Shown here: in pieces, positions 15,157-26,248 of the stretch
Layout of the letters: every line of letters begins with the position of its first letter
Position numbering within the stretch: position 1 is the stretch's first letter
Source of the DNA: Peribolospora baueri
Lineage: Eukaryota
Assembly (NCBI GenBank): GCA_029717555.1
Contig: JAMDHS010000098.1
Coordinates: 1-64,000 of the forward strand
Length of the DNA: 64,000 nt
Direction: 5' to 3'
The notes under the pieces: generated by a model
What the model was told of the DNA's origin: nothing
The model's input: the letters and a program-made list of their open reading frames with translations, nothing else
Database searches by the model: none
Translations under genes and position numbers: made by a program

Positions 15157-16684
15157 ATGGCACCCGTCGCTGTCGACTCCATTCCCGCTTTCTCCGCCGA
15201 CCCGCCGATCCAAGCCAAGCGCTCGGGTAAGGCCCTAGAAGAGGTCGAAGACGCCATCGACGAGGTAAACAAGCTCAAGGGCCAGCTCCAGCCCGAGGCC
15301 GAGACGGGGCACCGCTACGATGACGCCTCCACCTTCGACTCGGACAAGGACAAGACGGGCTTCCGAAACTACTCCGACGCGCTCGACCGCGTCAAGAATT
15401 TCTACGCCACCCAGCACGCCCGACAGACGGTCGAGTTCAACCTCGAGGCGAGGCGCAAGTTTGGCCAGGGCCAGGGCGTGAGGGCGAGGATGTCGGTTTG
15501 GGAGGCCATCGAGAAGCTGTCGGAGCTCCAGGACGATAGCGACCCTGACACCGAGCTGACCCGTGAGTGCGGCCTCGCCCGTCGTCGTGCCTGCCTGCCC
15601 GTGACGCAGTCATCGTATCTGTGTCTTCTGACACCGTCGCTTGGACCGACCTGCAGAGATCGAGCACCTCCTCCAGACGGCCGAAGCGATCCGCAAGGAC
15701 GGAAAGCCGGAGTGGATGCAAGTCGTCGGTCTCGTGCACGACCTCGGAAAGCTGCTCTATTTCGTGAGAGGAACCTTTATTTCGCTGTTTGTCGGCGTGA
15801 GGAACGTCACGTCCTTCTCCTGATATCCTCACACACACACACCACTTCCAGTACGGCGCAGAGGGTCAATGGGATGTGGTCGGCGACACCTTTGTCGTAG
15901 GAGCAAGGCCAGAAGGCACCGTCTACCCGGACACCTTTGATGCCAACCCGGACATGCACCATTCTGTGTACTCTACTAAACTCGGCATGTATGAGGAAGG
16001 GTGCGGCTTGGATAACCTCATGTTGAGCTGGGGGTGCGTTTTTTTTATCATCATGGCAGCTCGCCTTGGCTTCCCTTGCCTTCATCCATCCCCTTTGTCA
16101 AGCTGACATGACCTTTTCTTTTTGTCCCTTTCGACACTCACAGGCACGATGAATACATGTACAACATCTGCAAACAACAGTCGACCCTCCCCAAGCCCGG
16201 CCTGGACATGATCCGCTTTCACAGCTGCTATCCCGTACACCGAGAAGGAGCGTACAAGCACTTTTTGAAGAAGGATGGATCGGACGAGGAGACGATTCGG
16301 GCCGTCCTCGGTGCGTAACTCTAACGCGCTTTTTCTTCATTTCCTTTTTTTTTAACGCAAGTCGAGTCCTTGACACCTTTTTTTTTTTTTCCTTCCCTCC
16401 TGTTTCTCTCCCTCGTCTCCCTCTCCCTCACCACACCCTGCCCATCGTGTTCTTCCAGCCTTCAACCCCTATGACCTCTACAGCAAGTCGGACGACCAAC
16501 CCAAAGTCGAAGAGCTCAAGGTGAGTAACCTCTTCGAAGCCTTATTTTGGCCATGCGCCCTCCGCCGCAATTTGCCATTTCCTTGCTCGTTTTATTTTCT
16601 CACCTTTTTTTTTTGCCTCCTCGCTCTCAGCCGTACTACCAGAGCCTCATTTCCAAGTACTTCCCTGACGTCGTCGAGTGGTGA
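15157..16684 (+). CDS. MIOX: myo-inositol oxygenase
   Basis: [103 protein letters not shown]. Five GT-AG introns. Confidence 0.96.
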
Positions 16685-16949
16685 ACGCTTCTTGTGCGCT
16701 CGAGTCTTTCTTACCCTTTTGCTGTCTATTCCCTCCTGTGTCCTTTTCGCACGTATTCCCCCCCTTTCCCGTCTTGTTTCCGTCAGAACACCTTCCTTTA
16801 CGTGGTATCCGACTAGAGCTGAAATTGAGATGCCTCTTCGCGTCGGCTGAAATGAAATGAATCCGGAGCATCTCGAGCTCGGCATCTGCTGTCACAGAAG
16901 CGAGCGGGCGGAAGGCGCCTCGGCTTGGTAGTCTACACATGCCAGACAC

Positions 16950-18394
16950 GTTCCGAAGAGGAGTCGTCGTCTCGACCAACACCTCGTTCTTGCCATCAAC
17001 GAGGTAGTTGCCGACGTTCAAGACCGGATGTGTAAGGTCGATAGGCAGTACGTGTGAGTTGAGCCATGCACGGGCTGTGTGGAAGATCGGACCGAGGTCG
17101 AGATATGCGCCGACGTTCTTCGTCTTCGTCCAGTGGAAAGCCGTACTCTGCGCGGTGCGGCAAAGTCAGAAGGTGATCGATGGTGATGGTCGTTGCTGAC
17201 TTTGAGGAACACTGACATAATTGCCGATCCCAGATACGTTCTCGAGACCGGGTCTAAACGAGAAAGAGTGGTCGACCTAATCAGCCTCCCGAAAGCGTGG
17301 GGCGTGCATTTGAAGAGGATTGCAGGCATCGATACCGAGCTCAAGGAATTTTCACTCTTGAGACAGCGTGCCTGCGACAACGGCAACAAGCTTTTTGTCG
17401 GTGATGTTGGCCAGCACATTGCCCGTATACGGCGTCAGCGTCGGGCAGGGGAGTGGTCCGGAAAAGGGCTGGAAAGAAGAGAGAAGGATGGAAATGGGCG
17501 GTATGTAGGTGCCGTCCTCACGCGAATGTCCAGGCGCAAGTAGACCTTACCTCTCCAGGAGAGAGGGCTTTGGTACCCCAGACAACCTCTGTCAATAGTC
17601 CTGGCTTGTCAGAATCCTCGACGGGAATGCCGGCCCCTGAAAGATAGACATTACGGTAAGAGACAAGTATGCCACCCAAGGGCCGGCAATGGCTATCTCA
17701 CCTTGATTGGGACCCCTGAAGCGAAAGAGTCCATCAAAGCAGACGTCGGTTTTGAGTCAGCATCGTGGCTAACGATGTGACTGGAATTAGAAAAGTGCTT
17801 TAGCGTTAGACGTTTTTACAATGTCATATCCATCCGAAGGCCAAAGTCCTGAGCAGCCTTGGCGTATGTGTGAAAAGACCTCCCAGAACCGGGAAGAGCC
17901 GTATCCGTAAAGAGAAGGATCATCGACGGGCTGAGCGCCGTAAGACTGGTAGCTGAGAAGCTCGAAACCGCCGGCACCTGCTTCAGCGAGGTGTTGGACG
18001 TCTGCGCGGACGACGGAAAGGTCGACGTTAGCATCGGATAGCCAATATCTCCATTTCGGCCTGGCGGCAAAAGAGAAGTGAGACAAGGGAAGCCCTCGGT
18101 GGCGTACGGAGCCTGTCCGCCAAGCCCACACACCTGACGTTCCTGCTAGGGTTTGCGAAGGTGCCTAGATCCCATTTGGGCGAGGAGGGGGTACTGTTTG
18201 GAGCATTGGCGGACGCGCGCCTCACCGGCCTGGCAATGGCTGAGATGGTGTTGAGAGCCAGGGTAACGACGACCGCAGAAAGAAGCTGAAGTAAAGCAGA
18301 TGGGCGTGTCAAGTGGAGCCAATAACCGAAGGCCAACTTGACATTCCGTCGTCGACCACCTACTCACTCACTCACTCACCTCTCGGCATAGCAT
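16950..18394 (-). pseudogene. Degenerate secreted GH106 (alpha-L-rhamnosidase-like) glycoside hydrolase gene
   Basis: Spliced signal peptide MLCRELLSAVVVTLALNTISAIA, then FANPSRNVRPKWRYWLSDA, GAGGFELL, MDMTLGPNQGAGIPV. There is a +1 frameshift at 17873-17876. The sequence then jumps directly to the C-terminal motifs LENVSGIGNY, GAYLDLGPIFHTARAWLN and GKNEVLVETTTPLRN. Confidence 0.72.
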
Positions 18395-19486
18395 CGTTGA
18401 TGACTGCGAGAGCGAGCTGAGAAGGCACGGACCTGGTGACGGATCAATATATTGGTCACGGCCAATGACGGTCTTTCTTTCTTTCTCCTACACCTTATAA
18501 GCATAGGTGGAATGTCGCTGGCGGGCAACGAACCATGCTGATCTGTTCCGGATCGCAAATCTCAAGATCCGGCGCCTGTTTGCGATCAGACCAGGTGAGC
18601 CGCCGGCAAGGATGGAAGGAAGTGGAAGGGGAGTGTCGGCGCGTCGGACCGGATGGGCTGCGAGAGAGAGATGGCCGTGTGGGGCTCCACCCAAAAGTCG
18701 GTCTGTTCGGCGGTCGTGTACATCGCGCTTCCGCCCTTGACGTCTTCGTGCGGCCGCGATAGCTCAACAATGGCCGAAGCGAGCAGGCGAGCGTCGACGG
18801 GCCCCACTGACGGGGACAAGAGGTAAGGCAAGCTCAGCTGATGTCGTCCGCGATCGTTGCCCCGCGTTCTCCGGGACTCATAGCTCGCACATCGCGACGC
18901 TGCTCGGTGCCGGCTTCCCCTCAGCACGCTCCTCTTATCATAGACTCGCGGCTATGAACAACGGGCGAGTACGTTCCGCGCCAAGCCCAGTCGAGTGATG
19001 TAAGAGGTGACCGCAGACCGGGTGTCACGGGTCCGTATGCTGGCCGTCGTCGACTGGCGCCCACCGGAGACGATGCTCCATCTCCATCTCCCTCCGGGCC
19101 GGGACCCGTCACCATGGCCAGCAGCGATCGGCAATCAGCCAGGCTCCGCTCGCGTAGCGTGGTCCCTCGCCTACAGGTCAGCCATCACCAGGTGGAGGGA
19201 GGTTCAATACTTCATTTGCAAGCTCTCGTGAAACGAGGTTGCATGGCGTCATCATCCATCACCTTACTTATGCTTGCTACTTGCCTCCCGTCGAAGAGTG
19301 CAAAACGTCGATTTCTAGTAGAAGTTTTCGGATCACTAAACGTAATGTTGTCACATGATGGTCTAACTTGCGAGTTGTACGAGGATATACCGAAGGCGGG
19401 AAGAGAAAAAGCCTACCAACGAGACAATGTCCGCCCTGCCATAGTCGAGCCGCAGAGAAAGAGATGCACTGTAATCATCCGCTCGA

Positions 19487-22400
19487 TTAGCCACCTCCAC
19501 CAGGGAGGACTGGTGAGCGAAACACGTTGTGTGAAAGGGAACGAGCGGATGGTCAGCGCCGGGGGAGGTGAACAGGATGTGAACGGGACACGTCTGGCCC
19601 CCTCCACAAACTCACATTGAGTCACGATGACGAATGCGTTAACTACGCAAGTCAGGGCAAAGATGGACCAGGCGAGCAACGAGATGGGCCATGGGGAGGC
19701 GAAGTAGACCCACCGTCCCCGGCCTTGTTCTCCTTCTCCCGAGGCCTCCTCCTGCGTTGGAGGGGTCGCCGCCTCTCTTTCGGCGGGTTCCGGGGGCACA
19801 GGCGTAGGTGAGTGCGCAAGGTCCTCTGGGGGCGTGATGATGGCCGTCGCCGATGCCGGTGTTGGCGATGTGGACTGAGAGGGCGAGAGAACATCGGATG
19901 TGCAAGGTGCCGAGACGGGTGCCGATGCGCAGCGCGAGACGGGTGGCATGACAGCGACGGGGCCAGTCGACGACGAGGAGGCCACAAAGGCAAGCTGAGT
20001 ACCCTCCATCTCGTTCTCACCGCCAACGGACGCCTTCGACCTTGACTTCTCAGACTCGAATTTACCGGCCTCTGGCGATTGCGGGTCCCACACTTTCATG
20101 ATGGCCTTCCTCCCCGTGATATAGCACAGTGGCCCGACTACGAAAGGAAGCGCCATGGAGAGGCAGACCTGGCTGGCGACGAGCATCTCGTCAAGGCCTT
20201 TGCGCCCTACGGCAACGGCGACGACGAGGGCTGGGATAATGACCAGCAGGCGGGTGAAGAGGCGGCGGAGGAAGGGAGAGGTGCGCCATCTCTGCTCGAA
20301 GAAGGCAACGGCCGGACGTCGGACGACAGCTGCGTCACTAACCAAGGTAAGAGGAAAAGGGAATGGGAGAGAAACCAGAGCCAGACACGATCACTCACGA
20401 TGTAGCCTTCGCTCACGAGCTGTCCAGCGAGCGTCGCGGTGATACTGGCAGACTGGCCGCATGCGAGCAACCCGAGGGCGAACAGCAGCGCTGCTCCTAC
20501 GAAAGCATATGCGCAGGGGCGCTATCAGCACATGTCACTCTGAAGCCGTGCACGACGAGAGAAGAGAAGAGAAATCACTGACCTGAGCCGAGATAAGACC
20601 CGATGAGCTGATGCGCCTCGAACAAATCGGCCGTACCCCTTGCCTCCTCAGGACCGTAATAGAAGGCGGCGCTGGCGACGATCAAGATGGCAGAGTTGAT
20701 AGTGATGGCGAAGAGAAACAGACTAGCGGCGATGTCGAACGACGCGTACGGCAGGTGGCTGCGCACGAAGGAAATGTCCACGCCAGCGTTCGATCGATTG
20801 TCGTCGTTATCTTGGCTGACGGAAGGGTCAACGTGAGCGCCGGGGGTGACTACTGCTGGTGAAGAGACGGAGCGGGTTAGGCACACCGGCGGGAGCGGAC
20901 GCTCGGGAGCGGCAGTCGTTGCAAGGGTCTCCGCCTCGCCCTCCACGGTCGCTAAACCAAGACCGGTCTCTACGTCATCCTTGTCCCTGCCAGATGCCGT
21001 CATCTTGTGCTTTGAACCATAGCCCCGGGAGGATTCCATGTCATCAGTCGCCGACGCCCGTCGACACCCCAGCATCGAGAGAAAAGGAAACCACTTCGCA
21101 AGGCGCGCCTTCCAAAGTGAGCGGTGAGGAGTACCATCGGTGTAGGACTCTAGAGCGCCAGTTACATTTGCCACGGTTCGCTCCGGGTCCGACAGGCGGT
21201 TGAGGGTGCCAAAGTGTGACCCGAGCACGATGCCACTGAAAGGACGTACGCCAGCATGTGATCAGCTCGCCCAAGCAAGCAAGCGACAAGGAGAGGGAGG
21301 CTCGTGGAAGTAACCTGCAGGGGCACACACTCACTGAGGCATGACGGTCGCGCCCAATATTCCGGTCGAGAGATACAACGCCTGGCTTCCGACGACGGTC
21401 TGAGAGGGCAAGAAGCCATCGAACGTGTCCCCCCAGTTCGGCTCCACCTTGACGAGGAGCACGACAAAGACGCCGAGAACAGAGAGGACGAGGAAAGCGA
21501 TGAAGATCTCGAAGGAACGGAGGGCGAGCTGTCCGGTTTCGGGACGATAGGCGAAGAGAATGATAAAGACGTCCAGAGACGTCACAAGGACGCCGGCCCA
21601 GAGAGGCATGGCCGGGATGAGAAGGTTGAAGGCGATCGCTGAGCCTAGGACCTCTGCAAGGTCGGTTGCTACGACGGCGAACTCAGTGACGACGTACTGC
21701 GTGGTCATCAAGCCCCAATTAAGTCGCAGCCACTCCGTCAGAGAACCGGGTCGCAAGGGAAGACAGCGTACGAAGAACGGGGAGAGAGAGACTCACCAAC
21801 GGCCAGAGAACGCCATAGCGCCAGAAACGCCTGTTCTTGGGCCGATCGTAGAAGAGGCGGCGAGTATGCTGGGCGATGTCTTGTCGTTCCGACGGGTTCG
21901 AAAATGGAGGAGCGCTCATATCAGCGCACAAGGCCGCCCTCAAGACTCGAGGACCGCCTTTCGCATCCATCCGGGGCACTTACCTAGCCCGGTGACGCAG
22001 CCTAAACGGCAAGCGAGAGTCTGCAGCACGATGGCGAACAAGCCAGCGAGGAGGACGACGAAGAGGAGCTTGTAGCCGTACGTGGAACCGGCTTGAACGT
22101 CCTGCACATGTCAGAAGGCCGAACCAGGACGACAGAAAGAAGCCGAGGTGAGAACGACGGATAAAAAGCTGGACCGAAACGACGAAAAAGAGAGAAAGTG
22201 TGTACGCACCGTGACCCAATTACCAGGGTCCTCGTAGGCGATCCTGTGTGTGGGCGACGAAAAGGAGCACGGCGACACAAGCGATGGGAAAAAGTGCGCG
22301 GTCGGAAACAGTTCGTCGTCCGAGCGAGAGGCCGTGACGAAACCACGGGACATGCCGCGCACTCACGAAGCCATCAGGCCCGGGCCAGTGAACTTGGCTT

Positions 22401-22806
22401 GTAGCACCACAACGCGCTTGACCTTGGCGAGGACGCCCTTAAAAGCGTTCAGTACGCCTCCCGACGAGGCGCCCTTATCGCCATCGCCGGGATCGGCAGT
22501 GCCGGGGCCGGCCTGTAGTCGCCTCCGAGGCGCGACAACATCTCCATCCCTCCCTTGGCCGCCGCCGCCTCCCCACTTCCCGTCAGTTCCCCCACCACCG
22601 CCTTCATCTTTCAAGCGCACCTTGCTCAGCGGACCATCCCCAGATCTCCCGAGTTCATCCAGGGCAAAGTCCTCGCCGATGTACGCAGCATGGCCGCGCT
22701 CGTGTCGGAGCCCGTGTGCGAAGATGGGCGACGGCGACTCGTGCGGCCGTCGGAAGAGCGCGCAGCGTCGCGGGGAGGCGGTCGAGTTGGGTGCGGGACA
22801 GTTCAT
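19487..22806 (-). CDS. SMF1: NRAMP-family divalent metal (Mn/Fe) transporter
   Basis: MNCP N-terminus, FTGPGLMASIAYEDPGNW, ATDLAEVLGSAIA, GILGATVMPH, LLACGQSASITATLAGQLVSEGY, LRRLFTRLLVIIP, MLVASQVCLSMALPF. The last exon ends FLPGGGG* (TAA 19487-19489). SMF1 versus SMF2 orthology is not resolved. Confidence 0.92.
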
Positions 22807-23889
22807 GCCTGGCGTGCGAGTGCGAGCGCCAGGACGAAAAGGTGCGTTCCGTCGTCACGGGTCTTTCTCGTCGAACCTTTCGTCGGCTTGCTCGAGGTGG
22901 CCGTGCGTTGAACGGAGGGAGTGTCAGTGTGTAGTCAACCGTGCGACGAGGACGCTCGTCTTTGTGCTCCCGAGAAGCGAAAAGCAGCTTCGTCTACGTA
23001 TCCAGGGGAGTGAGGGCAGGAGGGGAATGGAGGGGGAAATGGGAGGATGGCAACGAGGGCTGAGCGAAATGCGGAGAGGAGACAGGAATTGCGATTTGTT
23101 GGTCTCCACAAGACAGCTGCTGCCATGGCGAGCCATAAATCTGATCATGTCTAACTCTTAACGATCACCCATCTCGTCTTTCGTCCCATTTCCGCATTCA
23201 ACGCATCCAAAGACAAAGAGGGCGTCGTCGGCGCGTTTCGGGAGGCGTCCGCGGGCGAGATCGGAAGCCGGAGCCAGATGTATATTCTCAGTCCAACCCG
23301 ATCACTGTCATTCCAGGTGAAGGAGAGGGCCAACATGAGAAAGAAAGCGTCTGCAATATACATGAGAGGCAGGTAGGGACGGAGAAGAAGAAGAAGAAGA
23401 AGAAGGAGAAAAGAAGGCGCGCGCAGAGACAAACAGGATGGACGCGGGGACAGATAGACGTGGGCGAGCACGGCGAAGACCGACTGGCCGGGCAGTGTTC
23501 TCGAAGATGACGACGATGCGATCCTCGATGAAGGACGCCAGCGGAAACCTCCCACTCGCCGCCGCTCAATTCCCTGCAAGTCCGGGCTCCGAGCCAGCCA
23601 GCCCTCGACAGGGCACATCGCCCTGGCCATGCGCACACCACACAGGGCACACCACGTCCGATCGGCACATAGTTGCAGCGCCATCCCGGGCCATGGCGAC
23701 ATCCCGCAATCCTTTCAGTCTGCGCACAGCCAATCTGGCGAGAGAAGACGGAAAGAGGAGGGAGGGGACGGAGAGAGGAAGAAAAAGAAAAAGAAAGGGG
23801 GATACAACTCCGGCTGCTAGTGTATATCGACGATCTCACAAACCCCCAAACACCACAGCACCATTAGGCATTGCGCAGGCCACCGGAGT

Positions 23890-25418
23890 TCAACAACATC
23901 CGCCCTTCTTCTGAGCGCCTCCGTCGTCATCCGTGACCTGAATGGTATCGCCGGCAGGGGGCTTGATCGGGTCGTGAGACGACTCAAGGGCCTTGTTCGA
24001 GACGATCCGGTAGATCTCTGCAATCGGGCGTGGACCAATTGAAGCATTAGGCGGCGACAGAGAAGAAGCGACAGAGAAGAAAGAGTCAGAGGGATTGGGC
24101 GAGCAGTGTAGGTCATCACCCCGTCATCTTTTTAACATCCACCGAGCGCAGCGCAGCCCGGCAAGGCAAATCTAGAATGGAGGAATCCGCGGCACACGCA
24201 CCAGTGAGGATGTTCTGGAAGGCCTGCTCGACGTTGGATGCATCCAGCGCGGACGTCTCGATGAAGGACAGGCCGTTCTCAGCTGCAGTGGGCGGCGGAA
24301 AAGATGAACGGAACAGGCGGATAATTATTGGTCAGCCGAGATCGAACGTCCTCCTCATGGGGCCTTCATCGTACACCGATACGATTGATGTGCTCATTGA
24401 AAGACGGACACCGGCGCCGCAGCTCACCGGCAAAAGCTTTGGCCTCGTCGGTAGGGATAGCCCTGAGATGCCTCAGATCGGACTTGTTGCCAACGAGCAT
24501 GATGACAATGTTCGAGTCTGCATGGTCGCGGAGCTCCTTAAGCCAGCGGGTCACGTTGACATACGTGGGGTGCTTGGTGATGTCGTATACAAGGAGCGCG
24601 CCGACGGCGCCGCGGTAGTAGCTGGCAGCGGAGGTGAAATGGACAGAGGAAGAGTTAGGAGGTTGGTCCAATAAAACGGAAAGACTTGTTCGGCATCCGA
24701 ATTGCGAAGGAATGTCGTATCACTTACGCCGCAGTAATGGCACGGTAGCGCTCCTGACCAGCTGTAGGAAAGGGGTAACGCGCGGACCAAGGTCAGGATG
24801 CAATGACATGGACCCCGTCCGAGACCGCCAACGAGTCGTCCCGGATGGCCGGTAGCACTCACCAGTGTCCCAAATCTGTGCCTTAACCGTCTTTCCATCG
24901 ACGGAAATGCTCCTGGTAGCGAACTCAACGCCGATGGTCGATTTGGAGTCCAGGCTGAACTCGTTGCGCGTGAACCGCGAAAGCACTGGGCAGCGGCGTA
25001 ACGACAAAAACGGGAAAAGCTGGTCAGATGAAAGCCTTGGGATGGTAGCACAATGGAAGAACCTAAAGGTCTTGAGACGACGAGGACGTTCGCTCACGGT
25101 TGCTATGCGGCGAGGAAAGGGGGACGGTGGTTCAGTGATGGACGACAACTACAGCAGTCGGCCACAACATGTAAAACAGGGAGGGATGCTCACGACTTTC
25201 CGACGCCGGAATCACCAATCAGCACCACCTGTCGCCATATCAGTGCCAGTCGAGGTCATGACAGAAAAAGTCAGCAAACATTCCACCTGATCCGCCCGGG
25301 CCCTCGTAGGCTGGCCCGACAGCCCAAACTATCAACATCAAGCGCGAAGCGAGCGGCGATAAGCAAATGCAGAGAGACGAACCTTGAAGAGATAATCGTA
25401 TGTTGAGTCTCCGGCCAT
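23890..25418 (-). CDS. YPT31: Rab11-family small GTPase
   Basis: [69 protein letters not shown], and a C-terminal GGCC* prenylation motif. The model needs a 5-nt micro-exon at 25098-25102. Confidence 0.96.
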
Positions 25419-26248
25419 CTTGGTTGGAAGACTTGACTCGAACTAGACTAGGTTGCGTACGTAGGTGATGCGGCTCGCACAAACTCGGGTAACAAGAGCG
25501 TATCCTCGCGTCTTTTATTTGCACCTTGTCTTGTCTCGCTCGTCCTGGGCCGGTCTGGAGACTAGTGAAGGGGTGGATGGTGAGTAGGTGTGGTGGTCTG
25601 ACGTCCGGCTGGCGGACTCCGCACGCACCCAACGACGCTTGCCGCGGCGTAACCCACGTGGCGCCCGTCTGTGCTCACGAGCCGCAGTGAGAACTTGAGG
25701 GTGCCGCAGCTGCTTGGTCTCGCAGGGGAGGGTAAGCAAGCGATGGCAGCTTGCTCTCCATGGCCAGCGCCCAGTGGACGTCCGCACCCAGTCTGGAAGG
25801 CCAGCAGAGAGTGGCGCCTGGGTTCCGCTTGCTCTGGGTTCTCTATCCCGTTGGCACCATCTTGCGTTAGCTATCCGAACGCCAAGGCGGCGATATAGCA
25901 ATTGTGTAGATCGGTGTGCGAACTGGGAGCGAGTGCCGACGACGTGAACGGAACGGAACGTTTCACATGATAACCAGCGAGGAACATGCTTTTTTGATTG
26001 CTGCTTTGTCCGTCGTCGTGTTTACATAGTTGCTTGCTACATTTCGTAATCCAGCTCGACGTCGGACAGCCGTCCGAACTCGCATCGCTTCTTCGCCCTC
26101 TTCCGCTCGACCCTCCTCGAGCTCGACGTGGACGATCGCCGATCGCCTCCGCGCTATATATAGCTGGACCGACGTCGCCGAAGCCACGATCGCTACCGTC
26201 CATTCTGTTCTCCCCTACATTGGCGACTCGCAGAGTGAGCTAGCTAGC

